A DNA stretch of 60,914 nucleotides from contig NC_057719.1 in NCBI RefSeq assembly GCF_004010195.1, forward strand, positions 54,559,419-54,620,332, given 5' to 3'. This stretch comes from Chiloscyllium plagiosum. Lineage: Eukaryota. Under the pieces are notes generated by a model. It made no database searches. It saw only the letters and a list, made by a program, of their open reading frames with translations, and had not been told where the DNA came from. Positions 23,311-36,959 of the stretch are shown here, piece after piece. A program made the translations under genes and the position numbers. Positions within the stretch are counted from its first letter, which is position 1, and each line of letters opens with the position of its first letter.

Positions 23311-25907
23311 TTGAAATCAACCAGTATAGAACGTAAACACATGCCTCTATTTTGTTGTTTATATTAGCAGTACACCTTACTCAAGGCCCACCTTTTGTTT
23401 ATTTGATCTTTCTTTACCCCATTTGATCTTTATTTACCCCATTCTCATATCCTTTGAACCTGAATAATTAACCTGATATTCAATCTCTCCTCCGTTTCAC
23501 TATATCACAAATTTTCTTTGTGTTTTTGACTCATCCATTCCTTTCTCATGATCTGTTATATCACTAACCCTTCCCAGTTCGGTTAAAATGTTACAAGTCT
23601 GAAACATTAACTTTGTTTCTCTCTACACAGATGCCACCTAAGCTGCTGAGCACTTTCCCAGCCTTTCATGTTTTCATTTCAGTTTCCAGTAGTCAGTCTT
23701 TTGACAAGAAATTGGAGCTGGAGTAGACTTAATTGCCCATCAAGCATGCCGTGTCAGTTAATATGCTTGTGATTGATCATCTGTTTAAACTCCATTTTCC
23801 TTCCTTTTCTTACGTCCCTGATTCCCTGAGATATCAAAAGTCTATCCTAGCCCTGAATATTCTCAATGTTGGAGCATTAACAATCACCAGATATTCCTCA
23901 GATCTCATGTGTTGCCTTGGGGTGTCCATTTGGTGACCTCAATACACAGTCTAGATTTGACGAATGACTGGAATAAGCCGCAGTCCATCATGAGGGCCAT
24001 GTTTTCCTCAAGCCTGACTACCAGCCCCCCAACACCACCCCTCCCCAAAATACTCACCTTGTTGAATGACTTGGGGGCCAAGAAAACCTGAAAATACTGC
24101 ATAGATACTATCTTAAGGAAGCTTTTAACTTTACCTTGGCCTCAAGACTCTTAGCACTAAAGATTTCTAGGTTGGCCTCTGAAAATTAAATCAATGTCAT
24201 AGTCCAATTAATGCTTGTTCCCTTCATTATTTACTATTTTGAACTCTGGATAGGGGTGTTCACTAGGGAAGCTCTAAGTTTAAGCAGCACTTTAAAAATT
24301 GACATCATATGCCCAACCTGAAATCCCTATCCCCATCCTATGTATAAATAAGTCAACATTATGTATTGGATGGATTTGTCTTATGCAGCCCCATTAAGAT
24401 TTCAATGTGATCATGTTGTTAGGTTCATATTGCTTTAAGTATGTCCTGTGTGCCATATGGTTTTGGATGCCAAACCTTCAAAAGGCTGTGTAGTTAAAGT
24501 TAGACCAGGGCCAGCAATTAAGAATTGATGATGGTGTTGTATCATATTCCATATATATTGGGGGGGGAGCAGAGATCAATCCAGGAAGCTACTGTTATTT
24601 TTACAACTTTACTCAAGTCTACAATGCTTTTCCACAATTGTCACCAAGTTCTATAGTTATTGTGAAAAGCAATTATTCTCTCTATGTTCTCTTGATAGGC
24701 ATTTTGCATGATGCTTCTCTGAATGGAGTTTGAGGGGGAGGAGAGTTCCCTTGAGTGCCAACCACTTTTCCTCTTGGCATTTTGCAGCAATGGAAAAGCA
24801 TTATCCCATAAATGACCATGGAGTGTCTGGAACTCTATCGTACAACAGTGCATGTAACTTACACGTCCTTCCTTTCTATTAATTTGTAATGAAAGCCTTT
24901 AAACAGGTTTGCAGCAGGTTTGAAATGCTTATTCAGTACGTGCAGTGATTTTCATGAGATGTCTGTTGTGTGGGTGTGCAGTTCAACTGCAAGGAAAAAT
25001 GTATGCAAATCATAAATTTCTGTCAGGAGCAGCTGTACATTACAAAATGCTACTATCTCCCACACTGCAACATTCCTGTCACAGTCACTGATAAGAATTT
25101 TCACACTTTTAAACATGTAAGGTGATATTTGACCTTTTACAAGATATTTGCAAATTTTCCTGTGAAAATAACACATTCCCAACACAGTTTGTGGATTATA
25201 CTCATTCTGTCAGACTGTCATCTCCCAAATTTACCATAAACACCTTATGTCAACATATACACATGCTGCATGCAATGATTAAAGTGCAAATCTCCACTAC
25301 AGCAATGTACAATGCATACTCCAACAGGTTGGGGTGGGGAGGTTAATTGTATTGCTTGGGGATAGATACTACTGCAATAAAGGTGGAAATCACTTTCTAG
25401 AATTGCAGAGAGTTTAAAGCTCAGAAGCAAGCTATTTATCCCAAAATATCTGTGCCAGTGTCGATACTCAAGATGTACCTGACTTCACATTACCCTGTGG
25501 CATATCTTTCTACTCTTCTTTACATATTTTCCTGGTTGCAATGAAATAAATCTATGCACATTCTCTTAACCAATCAATATGCTAGGGGGCTCCAAATTTA
25601 ACTTATAATTAGTGAAATATCTGCCTCATGGTGTAAAATTGATGTATGGCTTCACCTCATTATGTGTTCAATACAAAAAGGACTGGAGTAACAATCAAAG
25701 TTTGTTGTCCCCATGTCCAGTAGCTGACAGGCATATCCAAATTATTAGACCCACTCCAAAACAAAAGTCTGAGCACGTTTTACAGAAAAGGAAACAACAG
25801 CTATACAGTGATTCATAGAAACAGAGAATATAGGAGCAGGATTAGGCCTTTCAGTATTTAAAACCTGCTCTGCCATTTAAAGTTATCATGGATGATCAAA
25901 GCTTAAT

Positions 25908-26596
25908 TAGAGTCATGAAGTTATGGAGATGTACAGCATGGAGACAGACCCTTTGGTCCAACCCGACCATGCCGACCAGATATCCCAACCCAATCTAGTC
26001 CCACCTGCCAGCATCCGGCCCATATCCCTCCAAACCCTTCCTATTCATATACCCATCCAAATGCCTCTTAAATGTTGCAATTGTACCAGCCTCCACCACT
26101 TCCTCTGGTAGCTCATTCCATACACGTACCACCCTCTGCGTGAAAAAGTTGCCCCTTAGGTCCCTTTTACATCTTTCCCCTCTCGCCCTAAACCTATGCC
26201 CTCTAGTTCTGGACTCCCCGACCCCAGGGAATAGACTTTTTCTATTTATCCTATCCCTGCCCCTCTAATTTTGTAAACCTGTATAAGGTTAGCCCTCAGC
26301 CTCCAACGCTCCAGGGAAAACAGCCCCAGCCTGTTCAGCCTCTCCCCATTGCTCAAATCCTCCAACTCTGACAACACCCTCGTAAATCTTTTTTGAACCC
26401 TTTCAAGTTTCACAACATCTTTCCGATAGGAAGGAGACCAGAATTGCATGCAATATTCCAATAGTGACCTAACCAATGTCCTGTATGATCTCCCAACTCC
26501 TGTACTCAACACTCTGACCAATAAAAGAAAGCATACCAAATGCTTTCTTCACTATCCTATCTACCTGTGACTCCACTTTCAAGGAGCTATGAACTG
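25908..26596 (-). mobile_element. Young CR1 3' fragment
   Basis: ORF 26246-26539 (LEYCMQFWSPSYRKDVVKLERVQKRFTR); tail at 25908. Confidence 0.92.
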
Positions 26597-27470
26597 GGCT
26601 GCTGGGGTTGATTGATGCTGGTGTCCCTGAGATGTTCTCTGATTCGCTCTGCGAGAAGGCGTCCAGTCTCCCCAGTGATTAGAGACTACATCCGGAACAA
26701 CGGATACAATAAATGAGATGTGTAAGTGCAGGTAAACTTTGATGGATGTGGAAGCCACTTTTGGGGCATTGCTCAGAGGTGAGGGGGGAGGTGTGGGTGC
26801 AGATTTTGCAATTCCTGCAGTGGCAGGGGAAAGTGCCACGATGAGAGGGTGGGTTGTTGGGGGTGTGGACCTGTCCAGGTACTCACAGAAGGAATGGTCT
26901 TTGCTGATAAGGGTTGGCAGGGAAATATATCCCTGGTCATGGGGTCCATTTTAAGGTGGTGGAAATGTCGGTGGATGATGTGATTTATGTGGAGGTTGGT
27001 GAGGTGAAAGATGAGGACTAGGGAGGTTCTGTCCTTGTTGTGGTTGGTGGGGTGGGGTTCGAGGGCAAAGGTGAGGGACATGGATGAGATGTGTTGGAGG
27101 GCATCTTCAACCACGTGGGAAGGGAAAATTGCGGTCTTTAAAGAAGGAGGCTATCTGGTATGTTCTGTGATGGAACTGGTCCTCCTGAGAGGAATTGGGA
27201 ATATGGAATAGCATTTTTGCAGTTGGTAGGGTGGGAGGAGGTGTAATCCAGTTAGCTGTGGGAGTCAGTGGGTTTGCAAAAAATGTCAATGTAACTTGGT
27301 CATCATTGATGGAAATGGAGAGATCCAGGAAGGGGAGGGAGATGTCAGAGACGGTCCAGGTGAAACATCAATTTTCCTGCTCCTCAGATGCTGCCTGACC
27401 TGCTGTGTTTTCCCAGCACCACTCGAATCTTGACTCTAATCTCCAGCATCTGCAGTCCCCACCTTTGCCT
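26597..27470. mobile_element. PLE with inverted body (minus 26597-27360) and plus-strand terminus (27361-27470)
   Basis: Body is the reverse complement of the 19860-20650 region (ASFFKDRNFP, CRNCKIC). The terminus GAAACATCAATTTTCCTGCTCCTCAGATGCTGCC matches 21049-21153. Confidence 0.85.
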
Positions 27471-28387
27471 ACATATTAGCAAGAGTAAAGCAAAAAGCAA
27501 TTTGCGCTTGCACCACCATTCAATATATTTTTAAAATAAAATTATGGCTGATTCTTGGCCAATAGAACTAGTCACCCAGACTGGTTAGAAATTGCAACAA
27601 GGATCAATACTGTCTTGCAACAAAAGGGTTAAGCAGCAAGCAAAGTATCGCCAACATCTCTCTGCTACCTCATACTCAGGAAACCAGCACTCATTCTAAC
27701 TCTAACACAGCATTCATATTTCACCAGGTCTCCTGGTCTACAGTCCTCAGCACTGCATGCACCATGTCCACTCAAAGGCTTACACTCACCTCACCCTTCG
27801 AGACCACAAACACTTGCTGCTCTCTGCACTTCCCTCACATACTTCAGATGCACTTCACCACCTTTCCTGATCCTGTATTGCCACTAACTGCTGTTCCATG
27901 CATTTCCATCATTCTTGATCCCTCCCTTTGCCTCACCTTAGGAAAACTGGCCCACTTCTGGATTAATGACTCAACAATAACTTGACTGACCTTTAATTCC
28001 TGGACTGCTTGTATTAAATCTGACCATGATCAACCTGCTGTTGTGTGTTCGGACAAACTTCTTGACTGACAGGGCAGTATGACCTGACTGACTATATACT
28101 GTGGACTGACTGTACCTCACTCTCAACTTTGATCTCCAGCATCTGCAGTCCTCATGTTCTCCCTATAGTCCCCTTTACCCTATTAATGACTCTGGCATAT
28201 TTGCTTGAAGCACATGCAGTGTATTTACTATGTAGGTTTCTGGAACATGCTACAATGCTGAGATTGATATAGCACTGTGCCATACATGATATGTGCTCCC
28301 TGTCAGTCTGAGTGATTGACGGTTCTGTGCTCCTCACTATCACAACTTGCTTACCTCCATATTTGTGCTAAAGTATAGCCTAAACTG

Positions 28388-31300
28388 CATAGAGTCATAG
28401 AGTCATGGAGATGTACAGCATGGAAACAGACCCTTCGGTCCAACCCGTCCATGCTAACCAGATATCCCAACCCAATCTAGTCCCACCTGCCAGCATCCGG
28501 CCCATATCCCTCCAAACCCTTCCTATTCATATACCCATCCAAATGCCTCTTAAATGTTGCAATTGTACCAGCCTCCACCACATCCTCTGGCAGCTCATTC
28601 CATACACGTACTACCCTCTGCATGAAAAGGTTGCCCCATAGGTCTCTTTTATATCTTTCCCCTCTCACCCTAAACCTATGCCCTCTTGTTCAGGACTCCC
28701 CGACCCCAGGGAAAAGACTTTTTCTATTTATCCTATCCATGCCCCTCATAATTTGGTAAACGTCTATAAGGTCACCCCTCAGCCTCCGACGCTCCAGGGA
28801 AAACTTCCCCAGTCTGTTCAGCCTCTCCCTATAGCTCAAATTCTCCAACCCTGGCAACATCCTTGCAAATCTTTTCTGAACCCTTTCAAGTTTCACGACA
28901 TCTTTCCGATAGGAAGGAGACCAGAATTGCACGCAATATTCCAACAGTGGCCTAACTAATGTCCTGTACAGCCGCAACATGACCTCCCAACTCCTGTACT
29001 CAATACTCTGACCGATAAAGGAAAGCATACCAAATGCCTTCTTCACTATCCCATCTACCTGCGACTCCACTTTCAAGGAAATATGAACCTGCAGTCCAAG
29101 GTCTCTAGGACCTTACTATTAAGTGTATAAGTCCTGCTAAGATTTGCTTTCCCAAAATGCAGCACATCACATTTATCTGAATTAAACTCCATCTGCCACT
29201 TCTCAGCCCATTGGCCCATCTGGTCCAGATCCTGTTGAAATCTGAGGTAACCTTCTTCACTGTCCACAACACCTCCAATTTTGGTGTCATCTGCAAATTT
29301 ACTAAATGCACCCCTTATGCTCGCATCCAATCATTTAATGACAAAAAGTAGAGGGCCCAGCACTGATCCTTGTGGGACTCCACTGGTCATAGGCCTCCAG
29401 TCTGAAAAACAACCCTCTACCACCACCTTCTGTCTTCTACCTTTGAGCCAGTTCTGTATCCAAATGGCTAGTTCTCCCTGTATNNNNNNNNNNNNNNNNN
29501 NNNNNNNNNNNNNNNNNNNNNNNNNNNNNNNNNNNNNNNNNNNNNNNNNNNNNNNNNNNNNNNNNNNNNNNNNNNNNNNNNNNNNNNNNNNNNNNNNNNN
29601 NNNNNNNNNNNNNNNNNNNNNNNNNNNNNNNNNNNNNNNNNNNNNNNNNNNNNNNNNNNNNNNNNNNNNNNNNNNNNNNNNNNNNNNNNNNNNNNNNNNN
29701 NNNNNNNNNNNNNNNNNNNNNNNNNNNNNNNNNNNNNNNNNNNNNNNNNNNNNNNNNNNNNNNNNNNNNNNNNNNNNNNNNNNNNNNNNNNNNNNNNNNN
29801 NNNNNNNNNNNNNNNNNNNNNNNNNNNNNNNNNNNNNNNNNNNNNNNNNNNNNNNNNNNNNNNNNNNNNNNNNNNNNNNNNNNNNNNNNNNNNNNNNNNN
29901 NNNNNNNNNNNNNNNNNNNNNNNNNNNNNNNNNNNNNNNNNNNNNNNNNNNNNNNNNNNNNNNNNNNNNNNNNNNNNNNNNNNNNNNNNNNNNNNNNNNN
30001 NNNNNNNNNNNNNNNNNNNNNNNNNNNNNNNNNNNNNNNNNNNNNNNNNNNNNNNNNNNNNNNNNNNNNNNNNNNNNNNNNNNNNNNNNNNNNNNNNNNN
30101 NNNNNNNNNNNNNNNNNNNNNNNNNNNNNNNNNNNNNNNNNNNNNNNNNNNNNNNNNNNNNNNNNNNNNNNNNNNNNNNNNNNNNNNNNNNNNNNNNNNN
30201 NNNNNNNNNNNNNNNNNNNNNNNNNNNNNNNNNNNNNNNNNNNNNNNNNNNNNNNNNNNNNNNNNNNNNNNNNNNNNNNNNNNNNNNNNNNNNNNNNNNN
30301 NNNNNNNNNNNNNNNNNNNNNNNNNNNNNNNNNNNNNNNNNNNNNNNNNNNNNNNNNNNNNNNTATCTCCCCCATTTTCTGTGGCTCCACACAAAGGCCG
30401 CATTACTGATCTTTGAGGGGGCCTATTCTCTCCCTTGTTACCCTTTTGTCCTTAATATATTTATAAAAACCCTTTGGATTCTCCTTAATTCTATTTGCCA
30501 AAGCTATCTCATGTCCCCATTTTGCCCTCCTGATTTCCCTCTTAAGTATACTCCTACTTTCTTTATATTCTTCTAAGGATTCACTCGATCTATCCTATCT
30601 GTACCAGATATATGCTGCCTTCTTTTTCTTAACTGAACCCTCAATTTCCTTAGTCATCCAGCATTTCCTATACCTACCAGCCTTCCCTTTCACCCTGACA
30701 GGAATATACTTTCTCTGGATTCTTGTTATCTCATTTCTGAAGGCTTCCCATTTTTCCAGATGTCCCTTTACCTGCGAACATCTGCCCCCAATCAGCTTTT
30801 GAAAGTTCATGCCTAATACCGTCAACATTGGCCTTTCTCCGATTTAGAACTTCAACTTTTAGATCTAGTCTATCACTATCGCTGGCCCCAAAGTGCTCCC
30901 CCACTGACACCTCAGTCACCTGCCCTGCCTTATTTCCCAAGAGTAGGTCTAGTTTTGCAACTTCTCTAGTAGGTACATCCACATACTGAATCAGAAAATT
31001 GTCTTGTACACACTTAAGAAATTCCTCTCCATCTAAACCTTTAACACTATGGCAATCCCAGTCTATGTTTGGAAAGTTAAAATCCCCGACCATAACTACC
31101 CTATTGCTCTTACAGATAGCTGGGATCCCCTTGCAAGTTTGTTTCTCAATTTCCCTCTGACTATTGGGGGGTCTATAATACAATCCCAATAAGGTGATCA
31201 TCCCTTTCTTATTTCTCAGTTCCACCCAAATAACTTCCCTGGATGTATTTCCGGGAATATCTTCCCTCAGCACAGCTGTAATACTATCCCTTATCAAAAA

Positions 31301-31833
31301 TGCCACTCCCCCTCCTCTCTTGCCTCCCTTTCTATCCTTCCTGTAGCATTTGTATACTGGAACATTAAGCTGCCAGCCCTGCCCATCCCTGAGTTTCCAT
31401 AATTGCTACGATATCCCAGTCCCATGTTCCTAACCATGCCCTGAGTTCATCTGCCTTTCCTGTTAGGCTCCTTGCATTGAAATAAATGCAGTTTAATTTA
31501 TTAGTCCTACCTTGTCCCTGCCTGCCCTGACTATTTGACTCACTTCTGTTTTCAACTGTACCTGTCTCAGATCGATCTCTTTCCTCACTATCTCCCTGGG
31601 TCCCAACCCCCCACCTTACTAGTTTAAATCCTCCCAAGCAGTTCTAGCAAATTTCCCTGCCAGTATATTAGTCCCCTTCCAATTTAGGTGCAATCTGTTG
31701 TTCTTGTACAGGTCACTTCTACCCCAGAAGAGATTCTAATGATCCAAAAATGTGAAGCCTTCTCCCATACACCAGCTCCTCAGCCATGCTCTATCCTCCT
31801 ATTCCTGTCCTCACTAGCTCGTAGCACTGGGAG
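28388..31833 (-). mobile_element. Long young CR1 copy spanning an assembly gap: end of ORF1, APE, RT, tail
   Basis: ORFs 31365-31637 (LNCIYFNARSL), 30731-31306 (GLYYRPP, GDFNFPNIDW, LDLLL), 29073-29330 (KFADD) and 28690-29076. Confidence 0.95.
29484..30363. other. Assembly gap (880 N)
   Basis: Run of n inside the CR1 RT region. Confidence 1.
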
Positions 31834-32349
31834 TGTGTACTAAGAAAGCAATCTGAACCAGATAGAGACAGGCAGCCAGCAAGAAACTGCTGCAGTGATT
31901 GAGTATATGAACATGCTGAAAGTAAAAGAAAATAGCTAAAATATGAGTTTCTTAAAACTTAAGTAGGATAATATTTGGAGGAAGTAGTGTAGCTGAGAAA
32001 AAATAGTTGAATTAGTCCAACATATTAATGTAGCTTGGAATCAGACATGGTCACAGAACAGATAAGGCACAGACAAAGGTAAAACAGGTTAAAATAAACA
32101 GGACAATGACACGATAATGCTCCCTTGTTAATGATGCTGGACCTAACATAAAAGGGTCCTTTCGCAGGAAGCCATTGAACTGGAGAAATAAACAAACAAT
32201 AATTAAAATTAGGTGTCCTGGGAAAGCAAGATTAAAGACATAGCAGTTGGCCATCTGTTTGCCTCTCCTCTTTTCTGTTTGTGTGTCCTGATATTAACTT
32301 ACTGTTCAAATGTCAGAGATGGAATTTGACTATGACAGGATGAATTTCC

Positions 32350-34830
32350 CCTGTTAACTCATCATTCTCACTTCCTAGAGCACTTTACTTACTGTTTCCT
32401 TTTTAAATATCTGTAGAATCTTCCGCAATCTGTTTTTACATTCTAGGCTAGCTTCCTCTCATACTCTAAATTTCTAATTTCTGATGAATCTTTCACTTAT
32501 TATTTGCAGTTATTTATTTTCTGTCCAATCATTTTACCTGACCTTCATCTTTGCTTATTTAGATGCTTTTTCTTTAAGTTTGATCTGTTCACTAACTCCT
32601 TTACTTAAACACAGATGATGGATCCACCTTTTAGAATTTTTCATTACATTACTGTGTACAGTTCTGGTCGTCACATTACTAAAAGGATGTGGGTGCTTTG
32701 GAGAGGGTGCAGAGAAGGTTTACAAGGATGTTGCCTGGTATGGAAGATGCTAGCTATGAAGAGAGGTTGAGTAGGTTAGGATTGTTTTCATTAGAAAAAA
32801 GGAGATTGAGGGGGGACCTGATTGTGGTCTACAAAATCATCAAGGGTGTAGACAGGATAAATAGAGACAAACGTTTTCACAGGGTGAGGGATTCAATAAC
32901 AAGAGGTCATGCTTTCAAGGTGAGAGGTGAAATGTTTAAGAGGGATACACCCGGAAAGTACTTTTCATAGAGGTGCCTGGAACATATTGCAAGTAGAGGT
33001 AGTAGAGGCAGGCACAGTAGATTCACTTAAGGTGCATCTGGACTGATGCAGGAGTAGGTGGGGAGCAGATGGATACAGATGCTTAGGAATTGGGCGATAG
33101 GTTTAGGCAGTGGATTTGGATTGGCACAGACTTGGACGGCCAAAGAGCATGTCCCTGGGCTGTAAATTTCCTTTGTCCTTTTTTGTTTATTAGGAGTATA
33201 TTTATTCTGAGTATTCTGAAATATCCCCTTAAATGTCTGCCATTGTGTTTCTATTGATCTATTCATGAGACTAATATTCCAGTTCACTATAGCTAGATCA
33301 GCTTTCATGTTTGCATAGTTTCTTTATTTAAGATTAAACTATTAGTCTTCTACCTTTCAAACTGTATAAAATCTAATTAAATTGTAGTTACTGCTACTTT
33401 ATAGCTTACTAAGAGGCCATTAATTAATGCTGTCACATTTCACAATACCATGTCTAGTATAACCTGCTCTCTGATCAGTTCCAGAATGTGCTGCACTAAG
33501 AAACTACCTCAAAAGCATTCAATGAACTTTTCATTCAAGCTATTACTTCCAATCTGATTTGTTTCAGGTTATGTGTAGACTTAGATCATTCATAATTATT
33601 GCTGTCACTTTATCACAAGCACACCATATTTCTAAATGCATGCGTTGTCCCACATTTTGGTTACTATTAGGGGGTCTATAGATCATTCTCAAGGGTGAAT
33701 GATTTTCCCTAATATTCATCATTTCTACCCAAATTGACACTACATCTTGATTTCTAGAACAAGGTCATCTCTAAATATTGCATTAATGCCATCCTTGGTT
33801 AACAGTGCTATCCTTACACCTTTAATTAGTTTTTTATTCTTCTTGAATATTAGATAGCCTTCAATATTCAGGACCTAAACTTTATCAACCAACAACCATG
33901 TATCCATAATATCAGATTAAATTTATTGATTTCAATATGCACTGTCAATAAGTTCACTTTGTTAGCTTTGCACATTCAGATTTAGAGCCTTTATTTCGGT
34001 TTTATTTTTATTTTTGTTATAGTTAGTATTGACTTTTGGTGTTTTCATATGTTCCTTTCTGCCATTGTCTGAACTTCATTTCCCATATTTGTATTTTGCT
34101 GCCCTACCTTGAATCTACCCTCTGATTTATTACATCTACACAAAGCTTATTCTTTCACCCTAATGTTGAGTTTAAAACCCTCTCTACTTTCTGAGTTATA
34201 TAGTTTTCTAGAACTTTGATTCCAGCATGGTTCCGTTACTGACAATCCAACATTACAGCACCCCATTTTCCCCAATACCAATGCTAGTACCTTATAAAGC
34301 AGAACCCACTTCTCCTACATCCATTGTTGAGTAAAACATTCATTTCATTAACCTTACATGCTCTCTGCTAATGACATGGCACATGGGTCAGCTTATACTT
34401 TAAAGATAATTATCCTTGAGATCCTGTTCTTCACAAGTAACTCCTCATACTGTCTAAACAGAAATTCTTTCCTCATGCTACTTCTGTTGTTTGTACCCCC
34501 ATAGGCCAACACCTGCAATGCCCTGCATCTTTCAGTCCAAGTTTCCATCCAGCCCTAGATAGGTGTCCTGAATCCTGACACTGAATAGACAGAATACCTT
34601 TCTGGACTGATGCTTGTAGTTGCACAGAACAATGTCTAATTCCCTCACTATGTTATTTCCCACTATCATTACATACCTTATTATACCCCCCCCCCCCCCC
34701 CCCCCAACACTCAAATGGCTTGCAGTGCCATAGCATCATGGTCAGTTCGCTCATTCATCTTGCAGCCCTCACTCTCATCCAAACAAACAGAAAGAACCAC
34801 AATCCTACTGAATAATTTAAAGGCTAAGAC
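32350..34830 (-). mobile_element. Old, heavily decayed CR1 (ORF1 esterase region to ORF2 N-half)
   Basis: Minus ORF 34532-34714 (IVGNNIVRELD..LC....SRKVFCLFSVRIQD) matches the esterase start at 60050-60160. ORF 33027-33308 (NWN..L...S.E.QW..FK) matches the ORF2 linker. Confidence 0.7.
32650..33186 (+). mobile_element. CR1 3' fragment nested in the old CR1
   Basis: ORF 32689-32970 (ALERVQRRFTRMLPG..SYEERL..LGLFSLEKRRLRGDLI). Confidence 0.9.
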
Positions 34831-36049
34831 TCCTGCAATGTGGGTCTCCTTATCTGCCTTATTTGCAGTCACAGCCTACTTTCACTGACCACTGATCAAA
34901 TGCATGGCACTAAAGGTCTCTCAACAGTAGGATTCTTAATTTACCATTTAAAGCACTGGAAGAAAATATTTCTCAATACTAGAAAACTTAATTATTTCAT
35001 TCTCATCCTACTCTGCTGCCATGACTTGCAATACATCAGTGTGGGGAAAATTCCAACCACAGGTTTTATCGAAGTGTTGGGGATCCCAATTGCCAGATGG
35101 AAGCTGGTGGTCCCTGTCTCCTCCTCCAGTCTCACAGTATCTAAGTGCACTGGCCATCAGCAAGCCTTCCCCATCTTCAAGGACCCTAAAGATGAAATTC
35201 TCATGGGTCCTTTGCTGTCCAATATCACTAAGGACATAGATATCACTGTTGCCAAGACAACAGTTACCAGACACCCAGGATTGGGGAATGATCCAGGTCA
35301 CTGCGGGAGCTGTTTCTCAGGGTTGGAAACATGGGAGAGAGGAGAAAGTTTGTTGGCAGCAACAAAAAGAAGGCACAACTCAGCATGCCCTCGGTGCCAA
35401 GACACGGAAGATTGCTAAACAGAGAAAAAGAACCCAGCGATCAAAACTGCAAGAAGAGATGTCATTTTTCACCCCTTGTCCAGTCATAAAGATACAGCTC
35501 ATATTAGATTGTAAATCACAGCCAGTTTTACTGTTATACATTGCCCGGAAACGTGCTAATCATTTTCTTACGCTAATTCATCAGTCTCTTGATTGAACAT
35601 TTTCCCAGTCTGTTCTCATAATTTAACTAGAGATTCAGAAACCCAAAAACCAACAAATAGCAAACATTTTACGAATCAAATGACTTTGTATTTAGTTGCA
35701 TAAAGTGCACAGCAGTAGCCTGGCGTGAGTCAGCTTTTCAGCTTAGCAGATCACAATGTGTGAAATTACATGGATAATCTTGCATTTCACAACTTTGAGT
35801 TGCTCATGGACTGTTAAAAGATGCTTTTTGATAATTTGGTCTACTAACTTGGGTTTGAAAACGCAAAAGTTTTTTTTCTCTGTAAAAAGAGCTACAGCCA
35901 CAAGATTTGATTGTTATCTAATGACCGACCTGTATATCTAACTGATGTCTCAAGTCCATGCTTCCTATAATGTGCTGTTTGGCAGCATGGGGTGGAATGT
36001 TTGCTTTTTGATGTGTTACCAAAGTACAAATCAACTTGCACTATACCTG

Positions 36050-36402
36050 TACATCCTTCACAACTTTGAAATTCCAAAGTGTTTCAAATTCAAAGAAGTT
36101 CTTTTTAAGTATTGTTTCATAATATGAAAGTGTGGGAGCTAATTTGTTCACAACAGTGAGAAATATGGCTATGTTGCAGTGTTCTTGACTGACAGATATA
36201 TATTGGCTAAGAAAATGCCCTTGACCTCCCTCACCCTTTTACAAACACTGCCATGGCCTGTCATAGAGTTACCTGTAAGGCTAGATATGGCCTTGGTTTA
36301 TTGTCCATCTAAGAGGACATCCTTTACATCCTGTACTCAGAGAGTTAGCTGAGAAGCTGGGAAATCTGACTCAGAGGTGACACTGCTGCACTAACTTTGA
36401 CA
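36050..36402 (-). mobile_element. Ancient Deu-domain SINE (SacSINE1/AmnSINE1-like)
   Basis: Ordered motifs CAAAGTGTTT..GAAGTTCTTTT, GCTAATTTG, ATATTGGC, TGCCATGG, GGCCTTGGTTTA, TCTGACTCAGAGG as recalled for the DeuSINE reverse strand. Highly diverged. Confidence 0.6.
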
Positions 36403-36959
36403 CTAAATTTTTCTGTTACATTTCATTTGCAGATTTATTCACAACTTCAGGTGCATGTAGGGAAGATTTTACAACTGTTGGTTGCCGATTTCTCACCTGC
36501 TAAATCAGTCATTGGCAATGAAGATCTGATGAACACCACTTTTTTTTTTAATGTCTGAGTCAAGTTTCAAACTGCACTTCAGTGGGCCTTTCACTTAATT
36601 TGGTGAGAAATTATTTAATTATGCAAACCAAGATACTGTTCCTTTCATTATACCTGGATTACAGCTTTCAAAGAGAAAAAAATCAGACACGTCTAATATT
36701 TGTGGGTACCATTTTCTCCAAATGTTCATCGGCCAAAGCAAAAGACCTTAAATAATTAACTGGATGCCTCACCCAAAGAATAAGACTTTTTTTAAACACC
36801 TGATAATTAACAGGTCAAAGATTTTCAATCCTACTGCTGAAATGTTCTCAGGAATTAAGAAGTCTAAGGCCAGAATAAACTCAGACAGTTCAGCACTTGG
36901 TCTGATGTATGGTGATGCAGAAGTCAAACAGAAACTACATTACATAGCACAAAAGCAAA

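Noticed and set aside
29281..30576. 311-431 aa ORFs in the track
   Set aside because: Artefacts of translating through the N gap; the flanks are CR1.
34686..34705. Poly-C run as a functional G-quadruplex
   Set aside because: Homopolymer expansion within a decayed CR1; no other support.
34840..35418. 192-aa plus-strand ORF as a host gene
   Set aside because: Non-ATG start, no recognisable motif, no supporting exon structure.
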